A DNA stretch of 63,999 nucleotides, filler included, from Octopus bimaculoides (taxonomy: Eukaryota): assembly GCF_001194135.2 (NCBI RefSeq). It is 6 parts of 4 records of this genome, joined end to end, with 100 filler letters (N's around TTAATTAATTAA, not from the genome) between each part and the next. Parts side by side here need not be neighbours in the genome. Positions count along the whole stretch, not along the records: positions 1 to 28,001 come from NC_068983.1; positions 28,102 to 36,108 come from NC_068983.1; positions 36,209 to 51,248 come from NC_068981.1; 3 more parts are not named here. One strand, given 5' to 3'. Position 1 is the stretch's first letter; each line of letters opens with the position of its first letter. Positions 26,100 to 37,073 of this stretch are shown here, piece after piece. The translations under genes were made by a program, and so were the position numbers. The notes under the pieces were generated by a model that had not been told where the DNA came from, did no database searches, and was given only the letters and a program-made list of their open reading frames with translations.

Positions 26100-26290
26100 A
26101 ATATGTATCAAGGTGGATGGCAAGCTCTCTGATCCAGTTTTGGTTGAAGATACTACTTAACTATTGGATATACCAGCGCCAACTCTGTTCACATTGTACT
26201 TTGAGAAGATTTTCTTGAAAGCTTTTGAGAGTTGCTTACATGGGGTCTACGTCAGATACCGAACAACAGGTTCGCTGATGGGAAAAAATG
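26100..26290 (+). mobile_element. RTE-type LINE reverse transcriptase relic
   Basis: Frameshifted readings VDGKLSDPVLVED...IPAPTLFTLYFE...GVYVRYRTTGSL resemble the RTE RT around the QG...P.LF motif. Confidence 0.45.
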
Positions 26291-27748
26291 TGCATCACGG
26301 AGTGGAATGAAACGATATTCCAATACCACATCTATACAAAAAATGTGAGTCCCTAGCACGACTGAAAAGCTACATTCGGGTTGTTCATGATTCAAGGAAC
26401 AATCAAGCGATGGCATTACTAGAAATCGGGTTGCATGCATGCATGTATGTATGTATATAGGTAGGTAGGTAGGTAGGTAGGTAGGTAGGTAGGTAGGTCT
26501 GTTCTTATTGGTCACTAAATCCTACTTCGAACGTCGACGATCATATTCACAACTAGTGACTGCATTTGATGCCAATGCTTAATATACATTTCCTTTATTT
26601 TTTCCTTTGTGAGGTAAGGAAATTGTACAACGTTAAACAGTAAATAGAGAAGAGATAAAAGAGTGTATGGTGCGATGTAGGAGTGGCCTTTCCCGAACGT
26701 TGTGGTGTTGTTACTGATACAACCAAACTACATTAAAATTATCTTTGCATAATTAAATTTAATTATAAAACATCTTAGTATGATCAAGATTAGAATGAAG
26801 AACGGCTTGTGAGTTGCACCAAACTATATATTTTTTCTGTGGCACTCTGCCAGCATCGAGCAACTACATCCCGGACTCAAACTGCAAACGATCGCACAAT
26901 ATTCAGGCCCTGCATAGATTAGCAACTAGACTTGTTCGTGTACATTTGTAACCAGGCAGGGAACCGTTTCAACTTTCGAAGCTATCCTAACGCCTCGGTA
27001 TCATCTGGGTTAAGTTCTTCCTCTGGCTCTCTGGTGCCAAGGTGATATTGTCATCAAGTTGGTCGACATGCCAAGCATGGCTTGATTACGATATGGCATT
27101 CTGTCCTCTACAAAGCTGAGGCTCTTCGACAGCTCCTCAATTGTCTTTTCTACCATCATTATTCTCCTACCCCACTCCGCTCCACTATAAACAACTCGTG
27201 CCTTTCGCCATCAAACACTGGCACTTACATCGTTTTTGCCTGCAACTGCCCTTCCGAATTCAGTTCTGAGTACTTCCACTACATTCTCTTCCATTTTCGT
27301 GGTTGCGCTTTCTTCCCAAACTTATAGCCTCAACCATACTTTCCACCCCTTGGACTTTTTCTCATTTCCTTCTGACCATTTCGGACTTCTGTTCACTATA
27401 GGTTTAAAGTCCCATTGCATCGCAAGAATGGCTACCTTAATTTTCAACAGTTTCTAAACTGTCGCACTAATCTCCAGCATAATACTCCCACCCTCTCCAT
27501 TTTGTCGAGCCCTACTTCATGCTAAACTGTTTCTCCTTTTCTGGTATGATCTACCAACTCTTAGGAAAGAATGGAAAATAGAAGGGATCTGAACAACGTG
27601 AACTTGTTCGTTGATATATACATAGAGAGAGAGAGGGGGGAACAGTATGACTGTGTGGTAAAAAGTTTGCCTCCCAGCTACATCATGGTATTGGGTTCAA
27701 TCCCCCTGGTGAGTGGGTTCGGTAGACGGAAACTGAACGAAGCTCGTC

Positions 27749-27789
<41 letters not shown>

Positions 27790-28001
27790 AGGGACGACCG
27801 TGCGAACTCATAAAAGGAGATATGGTGACGAATGGAAAAACAGAGGACTCCTTTTATTTAAACGAGTCACACGGTCGAACATACAATTATATATATCAAT
27901 GGATGATATACATAATGTTATACGACGATAACATAGATGACCAGTAATGAAAGACCACAACCGTATTAGATGAATAACAGAGATATTTATTGTAGCGTTA
28001 A

Positions 28002-28101
28002 NNNNNNNNNNNNNNNNNNNNNNNNNNNNNNNNNNNNNNNNNNNNTTAATTAATTAANNNNNNNNNNNNNNNNNNNNNNNNNNNNNNNNNNNNNNNNNNN
28101 N
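28002..28101. other. Artificial scaffold-join spacer N44-TTAATTAATTAA-N44 (also at 36109-36208, 51249-51348, 56269-56368 and 62840-62939)
   Basis: The same 100-bp structure occurs five times. TTAATTAATTAA places stop codons in all six frames. Confidence 0.95.
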
Positions 28102-28345
28102 AGTATTTGACATGAGTGTTTTTGTTTCACTTTTGACACGTAATACTTAAATAGTGGAGGAGATATTATGTTGCCGTGGGCTCGAACTCTGCAAGAAGTT
28201 AAAAATTTTTTTTTGACTAAAACACAACCGGAACCCTAAGTAAGACATGTGTAAAATTTGAATGAAATTGGTTGTGTAGTTCTCGAGTTTTAGGGAAACA
28301 CACACACAGACAGACAGACACATTCTCATTTTTATATATATAGAT
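28102..28345 (+). mobile_element. HINE/Helentron-like element 3' half, truncated by the spacer
   Basis: Near-identical to 51455-51712. It ends ACAGACAGACACATTCTCATTTTTATATATATAGAT. Confidence 0.65.
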
Positions 28346-30926
28346 ATATATAAATACATACAGTGTACATTTAAACACATAAAAGAGATGTCCATAATAG
28401 GACCATTTGACTAGTTTTTTCTTTTTGCTACCCTGAGATTTATTAATTATACATATATAAACTTTTCAGTGTTTCGTACTTATTAAAGGTAGTAGACAAG
28501 ACTGACGGGTAGTGGAGAATGGGAATGAAGGCAGTGGTGCTTGGGGATGGGGAGGGCTGACAAGGTTTTTGCTACTTGCCAATGTTGGATTACGAGTTAA
28601 TCTCTTGAAAGTATTTACAAACACATTCCTTTGTTTTAATCTCTACTGATCATTTCATAGTTAATCTTGTTCAAGTGCTAATCCTTTGTCATTAACTCAA
28701 GAACAGAATATGAATTGCTGACAAACTATTTGTTGATGGAGGAGGGTACAGCAGAGATATTAAACAATAGAAGCGGTAGTGGTGGCAGCGGCTGCGCTAG
28801 CAAAGGTTAGGAAAATTTTTTCTAATTCTCAACGAGGGAGTGCTCCAGATGGGGGGCGGGGGGGGGGTTTACATTACTGATGTTGTAACTCTGAACAAGC
28901 TGAGCTGTGACTTTTATCATAATTATTCCAATCAAGACAACATCTGTCTTTTTTTGCTGTCATAGTGTAACCTGACCTACATTATCCAACGTCTACCTTT
29001 TATTTCAAATGAAAAAGGTAAAGGATTATCAATTTATTAATTAATTTATCAATTATTTCAAATGGATAGGAGTGATAGAGTGATGGGTTAAGGGCAGGGG
29101 GAAACGAGAAGTGAAACCATTGATTAACCTTAAGCCAACTTAGATGGAGTAGATAGGAAGCAAGGAGGCTTTTTATAGCCGTGGTGGGTGTAGTGATGCT
29201 ATTGGTGGTATTGGTAGTACTTATGGTAGTGGTGGCGTCGATGGTGGTAGTGGATTCTGCTAGTACTCTTGTGGTGGTGGTGCTGATATTGATGCCGACA
29301 AAGTTGGTGATAGTGGTAATGATGGTAGCATTCGTGGAGATGACACCAACAGAGGTCCATCTTTAAACCGAACAGAAAGAAGTGCCTGACTGAATTCGGT
29401 TTCTTTTGTTTTTTCTTTCTTCAAATTACAGATATTATCTATCAGTTACAATTCCTAGCAGAAGAGTCGCCATTTTTATTTTCAACGATGGTTGCATGAT
29501 TTAAACACAAAATGCACTGAGCCGTGACAGATACAGAATACAGCATGGTGCTCCAACACGTCTGGCGATCCACTCCTATGGACTGATACCGCTTTTCTTT
29601 TTTTATTTTAATTTTCATTTTTGTTTTCTTTTTCTTTTTTAGACATGCGATAAGATGAAAGGCAAAGTTTACCTTGGTAAAATTTGAACTCAGAATAAAA
29701 AGAGTTGGAAATAATAACATAGGCATCTGGTCTGATGTTACAATTGAGCTAACGCACCATATGAAAGGGAGTAGCTTAGTGATTAGGGTACTTGGTTCAC
29801 GATCGTAAGGTCATGAGTTCGATTCCTGGTGATGTGTCGTGTCCTTGAGAAAAACACTTATTTCACGTAGCTCAAGTTCACTCAGATGACAAAACGAGCT
29901 GTACCTGTAATTCAAAGGGCCAGCCTTGTCACATTCCGTGTCATGCAGAATCTCCCTAAGCATTAAGGGTACAAGTGTCTGTGGAGTGCTCAGCCACTTG
30001 CACTTCAGTTTCATGAGCAGCTGTTCCATTGATTAGATTAAGTGGAACACACATCATCGCAACCGACAGAATGTCGGTTAACCCACCATCTTGGATCATT
30101 ACCTTTTTTTTTGACCTTGAAGGGATGAAAGACAAAGGTAACCTCAGTGGGATCTGAATGCAGAACCTAAATGGCCAGGAAAAATAACTGCAACCCATTT
30201 TCCCGATGCTCCAACAATTTTGCAGTCTTGGAATCAGAGCAACACATGGTGCAGGAAGGTTAGCCCTGAGTTTGAATTCGCATCTAACTTCGTCTTCACA
30301 TGTGTTCCGTCTCTAATTGTAAACACGACCTTCTACAGGGCCTCCAAGGCAGGTGGAAGGGAAAAAGGTATACTCAGGCTAGAAGCTTAGTTCAAATGCA
30401 TACAACAGAGTGGACTCTGCTAAAGGCACCCCAAGTACCAAATGATGGTATTAAACCAGATGACTACTTAATTATATTAACCTACTGGAATTTTAATTCA
30501 GAATGGAACAAATACCGTAAGCATCCGTCCAACCTTCTTATAGTTTGGCTAATCCAGTGCCTTCAGTTGGTATTTTTTCAGTGGTCTCTGATAGAATGAA
30601 AAGTAAAGTTGATTTTGATTGGATTTGAATTCGGAACATTCACAACCAGAATACATTGCGACATTTTGTCTGTTACTCTAACAGATCCTGATCAAGCCAC
30701 CATTGCATAATAAACAGAATTCTTTCTATTAAAAGCACAAGCCCCAAATTTTGTGGGTAAGGTGAGAATCAATTACACTGACCCCAGTGCCAAACTCATT
30801 TTATGGACTCCAAACGGATGAATGGCAAAGTCATCCTCGGCAGAATCTGAACTCAGAACGTAAAACCAGAAGAAAAACCACTGTGCGTTTTGTCCAATGT
30901 ACTGACAATTCTACTAGTTCACTGCC

Positions 30927-30975
<49 letters not shown>

Positions 30976-31384
30976 TAATAATGGTAGGGAACAGCTGACA
31001 CCATAGTACATCTCCAGCATTAGAAGCTGTGCAAAGACAATAAAATAATAATAACAATAATAATCTTTTCTTTCTATAGGCACAGTGCCTGAAATTTTGG
31101 AGTAGTGAGCCAGTCGATTAAATCGACTCGCACGTTTAATTGGTTCTTTATTTGGAAGGATGAAAGACAATATCGACTTTGGAAAAAATTTGAACTGAGA
31201 ACACTAACACGTACATGTTTTGTCTTAGTGTAAAGGATGAGCTACAGTAAATATTCTGCTCAATACCACAGATTTGCTTGTCAGTTGTTTGCCCTTAACT
31301 AGTAGAGCATACTGATGATATGTGCATCCCTGATCACGAGTAGTGGGGAATAATAATAGTCATGATGATGATGATGAACAACTG

Positions 31385-31915
31385 TAACAGCAACAACAAG
31401 TACCAAGCAGTGGCTCTCATGGCTTCTAATCTTAACTGTTTGGAAGTGTTATCATGTATATGTTTTGTCTTGCTATAAAAGATGGGCTATAGAAAATATT
31501 CTTCTCAATACCCTGTCAGTTGTTTGACCTTAATCAGTTGAGCATATCCTTTAGTGGCTGACGATATGTGCTTCTCTGATCACGAGCAGAAGTAGTGGGT
31601 GAGCCGCATAGCCATGTGCTGAAAGGAATTCTTTGGGGGTTTGAATAAGTCACCTCTGGAAAAATGGGTGTTTCTTACATCACCTTTAAACAAACCTTAT
31701 TCAAGGACCTTTTGAACGGGATGGGCTACTTGGCCTGAAGAAAATTCCAACTGGGCACCACCTACACGGTCATGTGCTGTTTATCTTGATATAAAATCAC
31801 TATGTCACACACAGATAGTCATCATGCATGTTCTCAGGCGGGTAGTCATAATGAGTACACTACGATTTGTATATTTATACCCCAGTGTCACTTTGATGGC
31901 ATGCACTGCTCTCTC

Positions 31916-31918
<3 letters not shown>
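31385..31918 (+). mobile_element. Interspersed repeat ending in an (AAT)n tail (probable LINE 3' UTR)
   Basis: Partial copies at ~31230-31340 and ~39840-39985 (CAGATTTGCTTGTCAGTTGTTTGACCTTAACC...). It terminates TGCACTGCTCTCTC(AAT)n. Confidence 0.7.
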
Positions 31919-31952
<34 letters not shown>

Positions 31953-32063
31953 TACAATGAGCTTCTTTGCCCTAGGGGTTGGAAAACCATTCGGTAAGAA
32001 ATGGAAACAAAATTGAAAGAGGATAACAATAATAATAACAACAACAACAACAATAACAATAAT

Positions 32064-32727
32064 GTATTTTACGAATACAAAAATCGTCATGATAGGGTAG
32101 GACAGTATTTACATTGGAAAATATGTAAACACTACAAAATTAGCACTCCTGCTTACTGGTATGAACATCACCCTGATCCAGTTGTTGAAGGTAAAGATGT
32201 CACCATCCTCTGCAATTTTCCAGTCAACATCGACAGAACGATCCAGGCTAATCGGCCAGACACATTCATTAAAGACAGGGAAGAATGTAGACTAATAGAT
32301 GTAAGTGTTCTCACAAATAAAAATATATCTGTAGAGGAATTTCATAAATTAAGTAAATATAAGGAACTGGAAATTGAAATACAAAAGATGTGGGATCTTA
32401 AAAACGAGAATTATTCCTATTATTGTGGGTACCCTAGGTATAATAAGAAAGGGATGTCAGAAACATCTAGAGAAGATTCCAGGAAAACCATGTCTCAGAG
32501 AAATCCAAATGAATGTGCTGACAAGTACTGCCCACATCCTTATAAAAACCACGTCGATTTAAATGTATGTGTTGTATTACATAAATATATTTCACTACTG
32601 CCCCTGCCAAAGCTTTCAGTCGTACTGTAACATCGCTTATCTTTCACTCGCCCTAGTATGCTGGGTGTGTCTTGGTGAGTGATTGTAACAAACATGCAAA
32701 TTAAATAATAATAATAATAATAATAAC
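32064..32727 (+). mobile_element. 5'-truncated R4/Dong-type non-LTR retrotransposon with a restriction-like endonuclease domain
   Basis: RHDRVGQYLHWKICKHYKI...NRPDTFIKD...LIDVSV...KLSKYKEL..EIQKMW is the RHD / PD-(D/E)xK / K..KY signature of RLE elements. It has one frameshift and a ~160-bp 3' UTR, with AAT-type repeats on both flanks. Confidence 0.85.
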
Positions 32728-33084
32728 AACAAAAACAACAGGGACGTTTAACATGTGAGAGCGATAAAACATTGTTCCAAAATCTATCCAAAAACATCGG
32801 GAATAAAGACAACAAATGGGGCCTAAAATAACTGACAAAATGTTGGACTATATCCGAGTAAGTAATACTCATTAAAATTTATTTCTATTTTCTGAATGAA
32901 ATGATGTATTTTAACCGTGTGTCACCTCCGTCACTCGCACAAGACTTGTAAACACACTCCCCACAGTGACAAAGCACTGGACTACACTCGAGTAAGTAAT
33001 ACTCATTAAAAGAAGTGTTGGACTATATCCAAGAACATACATACTGGACTATATCTAATTAAGTATACATCATGAACACATAAG

Positions 33085-33410
33085 TTTTGTAAAAATAGAC
33101 ACAAAGAGAACATGCTTCTCTGGATGTTTATTGCACAGAGGAATAACCAATGAAGTAGAGGAAAAAGAGTGGGATAAAGAGACTCAAATGGAGAATGCAA
33201 GAGAAAGGCCTCAGCTGGTACGGACATGTGTTGCCATGTTCGCACCAGCTCAGCAGGTTAAAGAAATGTCTGGATGATGGGAGCAAGAAGCGGAAGAAGT
33301 ACAGAAAATTAGTTTCATGAGGCTAAAAAATGCGTAGTTGGTTGAGGGAGGTTCCAAGGACACACGAGAAATGACGAGATGTTGCGGTGGAAAAGACTTA
33401 GCCAACCCAG
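33085..33410 (+). mobile_element. Decayed RTE LINE 3' end
   Basis: Readings ...IKRLKWRMQEKGLSWYGHVL... and a later GR.R..W.E-like segment. Confidence 0.55.
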
Positions 33411-33974
33411 GTATATATGAAAAAACGATATGTAGGGGGTTATGCTAATCATCTCTATGGTTATCACGATATAAATATATTTGTGTGTGTGTGTGTGTGT
33501 TTGTACACACACACACACACACGTATACATATATATACACATATATACAAACGTATATGTAGACATCTGTGTATATATTGTGTATTATATAATATATCTT
33601 TAATTGCATATATATATATGTGTGTGTGTGTGCATTCACATATTCATACATTACGAATGTCAAATCGTCCAACCCATGCTAGCATGGAAAGCGGACGTTA
33701 AACGATGATGATAATGATGATGATAGATATATGTGTGTGTGTGTATTATATGTGAGTATGTTAGTGGGTATATTATATTTCATAAAATGTATTTACACAC
33801 ATACCCACTAGACGCGCACATGAGTGTATTGTGTATTGTGTGAGTGTGTGTACTTTCGGATCAATAAAATCATGGTGGAGATTTGTATGCTGTCGTCTAC
33901 ACTAACTCAGCATCAATATTGTTCAAATGTAAACATGGCTACAGTAGTAGTAGTAGTAGTAGTAGGTACTACTA

Positions 33975-34085
33975 AAGCAGCGCGGACCCGAACGCGCAAG
34001 CTAGTCGTGAGTGGTCGATCCTACGAAAAGTGCGCGCGAGCGCGCAATTGAATACCTGTGCGCGCGTGCGCGTATGCAAATTAGT
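33975..34085. promoter_or_regulatory. CpG-rich patch with GCGC repeats and an octamer (ATGCAAAT, 34074-34081)
   Basis: Dense CG dinucleotides (GCGCGCGAGCGCGC, GCGCGCGTGCGCG) in an AT-rich background. The function is inferred only. Confidence 0.3.
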
Positions 34086-34499
34086 AAATAATTTCTTTTA
34101 AACAAAGTAAATAATTTTTTTAAAATTACTTTTTTCTTTTCTAAACAACGTAGATAGGTAGAAGGAATAAAAATAACACACTATCTGTTTTTGTTTGCTT
34201 TAGTAGTACCGTAGTAGTATATATGTACGTATGTATGTGTCAGAACTGTTTGTAGATATGATGTGCGTCCGTGGGCCGACAAGATTTTGGGATCTAACGA
34301 TAGGCCATAAAGCTCAACCCTTTATGGACGGGAAATCTAAGGTAATGCCATAAACCGGCCCCTTCCCCATTTTTAATATCTTAGAATGTGCCTCTTCTTT
34401 CGGATTTGTTTTTTTTTTACAAACCATACTTATTAAATATATTTTAATGCGTGCCTACGGGTGTGTTTATATTAAGACATACATACATACACACACGTG

Positions 34500-35120
34500 C
34501 ATATATGCGTATGTGTGTGTGTGTGCGTGTATACACACACACACAAAAACACATACAAGAGTAATAGGCAAACAAGAAGCACAATAAAGTATACATATAT
34601 ACGACCAAAACACAGACATATACATTTACATATACAGAAGGAATACACACAAAACACAGACATATGCTCTCATCATGTACACATACGCACATACATGCAT
34701 ACACAATCTACACACATACATACACAACATATAAGCATATACGCATACACTTACACAAACACATAGAAAAAGGTACACACGTACACACATATACACCCCT
34801 TCATGTATATGTACACATACAAAGCATACACGACATACCCACATATGTGCAACTCAAACACACGTAATACACACACGCATATACACACAATACACAAACC
34901 TATATACATATACAACACACACATACACATACACGTCCAACGTACTTTATGCACCTCACACATATAACACACACATCACAGATAGACTGATATACGCATA
35001 CATACATACACACACACACACATACATACATACAAACACACATATACAGACATACATACATACACACACATACAGACATACATACATACACACACACACA
35101 CATACAGACATACATAATGA
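34500..35120. repeat. Degenerate (CA)/(CATA) microsatellite field
   Basis: Direct reading. Confidence 0.9.
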
Positions 35121-35376
35121 GACACTGATTTGATTTAGAACGATTTCCTAGTAAACAAACAAGAGACATACAAAAATAAAACTGAACAACAAATAATTAT
35201 AAATAAATAATTCCATGGATGAATAAAGGAATGGATGAATAAAGGAAATATAGAATGATGGAATTTTAGAAGGAAAGAAGGAACAGACAAAACGAAACGA
35301 AAGAATAATAACAGTAAGAAAAATATTAAAGTAAATGACTGACAATATGTTAATGAAGAGTTGTTAAGAGACGAAC

Positions 35377-35440
35377 CTGGAGCCAGGAAGAGTAAAATGA
35401 GGCCAGATATTAATGTCTGTTGGCAGCCTGACGTTATCAT
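35377..35440 (-). CDS. Putative first coding exon (signal peptide) of an unidentified gene
   Basis: Context tccgccATG. It encodes MITSGCQQTLISGLILLFLAP-G, followed by a phase-1 donor CAG|GTTCGT. No downstream exons were recognised. Confidence 0.3.
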
Positions 35441-36077
35441 GGCGGAGCTCCTCTCCTCATCATCAGCAACATCAGCAGCATCGTCGTCCTAATGGTAGTC
35501 ACACCATCTCATCAATATAGCTCTACACGTATTTACATTTACTCCCTCCCTCTCTCTCTCTCTCTCTCTTTCTGATTCCCGCTCTTTCTCACTCGCCATT
35601 CTCTCGCGATATGGATGCATGTAAATTTAAATAATAAGGGTGAAAAATTGAGTATTAATTTAATTCATATCAATTTAAAACCAGTGGCCGAGCCTATTGA
35701 AAAATCTGAACATTCAGAAAAATTATATTACATACATATAAGAGGGATGACCACTAAGTGGACATTTATTATGCTAGAAGAAGATCACCTATGGTCTGAC
35801 CACTAAGAAGTATGTATGTATGTATAAATATATATATATATATATATATATGTATATCCATCACTTACTGTCGTATATTCAAATTGCGTGCTAATACAAT
35901 ATATTTTGTATGTATGTATGTATATTTTAGGCGTGACTGTGTGGTAAGAGGATTGCTTCCCAATAGCAAGGTTCCAGGTTCAGATCCACTGCGTGGCACA
36001 TTGTGCAGTGTCTTCTACTACAGCCTCGGGCCGACCATAGCCTTGTGAGTCTATTTGGTAGACGGAAACTGAAAGAA

Positions 36078-36108
<31 letters not shown>

Positions 36109-36237
36109 NNNNNNNNNNNNNNNNNNNNNNNNNNNNNNNNNNNNNNNNNNNNTTAATTAATTAANNNNNNNNNNNNNNNNNNNNNNNNNNNNNNNNNNNN
36201 NNNNNNNNGCTAATTATAGTTAATTTTTGTTTATTTT

Positions 36238-37073
36238 CAGATCATTAAAATGGAAATGTCAAGTTAAGAAAAATGAGCACTTTTGACACCTCCTTCTTTT
36301 CGCTTTTAATCAAGGTTCTAAGGCTGCAAAAGCTGCTCGCGACATTTGTGTTGTGTATGGAGAGGGTGCTATAGCTGAAAGAAACGCTTGTGATTGGTAT
36401 GCCAAGTTCAAAAATGGAAATTTTGACCTCAAAGACACACCTCATTCTGGCTGTCTAGTTGAGTTTGATGAAGAGCGATTAAACCAACTTTTGCATGAAA
36501 ATTCTCGTCAAACGACAAGGGAAAATGGAATGCTCCCACACTGCTATAGAGAAGCATCTTCACTCGATGGGAAAGGTTCAGAAGTATGGAGCATGAGTTC
36601 CGCATGCTTTAAATGACAACAAAAATCAATGAGCCACAATCTCCGCTGGTTTGCTTGCTCGTCACCACTCAACTCATGAACACAAGCAACGATTTCTTTA
36701 CCAAATCGTTACTAGCGACGAAAAATGGTGCTTGTACATCAATATGAAGCCGCGTAAGGAATGGCTTAGCCCCAGTAAACAAGCGACAACGTGCGTGAAA
36801 CAAGATCTTCATCCGCGTAAAACAATGTTGTGTGTATGGTGGGACTGGGAAGGGATTATCCATAACGAATTGCTTGAACGGAACCAAACAGTCAACGCGA
36901 AACTCTATGTTAAACAGACGGAACAACTCAACATGGCTATTCAAGAGAAAAGACCTCATCGGCAGCATGGAGTTCTTCTGCTGCATGACAACACCCGCCC
37001 TCATATCGCCAAAGAAGCCATTCAAACCATATGACCAAGGAAGCCATTCAAACGCATGGCTGGGAAGTGCTGC
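36238..37073 (+). mobile_element. Decayed mariner (SETMAR-like) transposase, 3' end replaced by a LINE
   Basis: Readings include KAAKAARDICVVYGEGAIAERNACDWYAKFKNG, RFLYQIVTSDEKWCLYIN, PRKTMLCVWWDWEGIIHNELL, LLLHDNTRPH and GWEVL. Confidence 0.92.

Noticed and set aside
27788-28001. TGTAAGGGACG... segment resembling an LTR end
   Set aside because: It is cut by the spacer, with no second LTR, PBS/PPT or TSD.
28046-28057. TTAATTAATTAA palindrome recurring five times
   Set aside because: It is always centred in exactly 44+44 Ns. This is a six-frame-stop scaffolding spacer, not biology.
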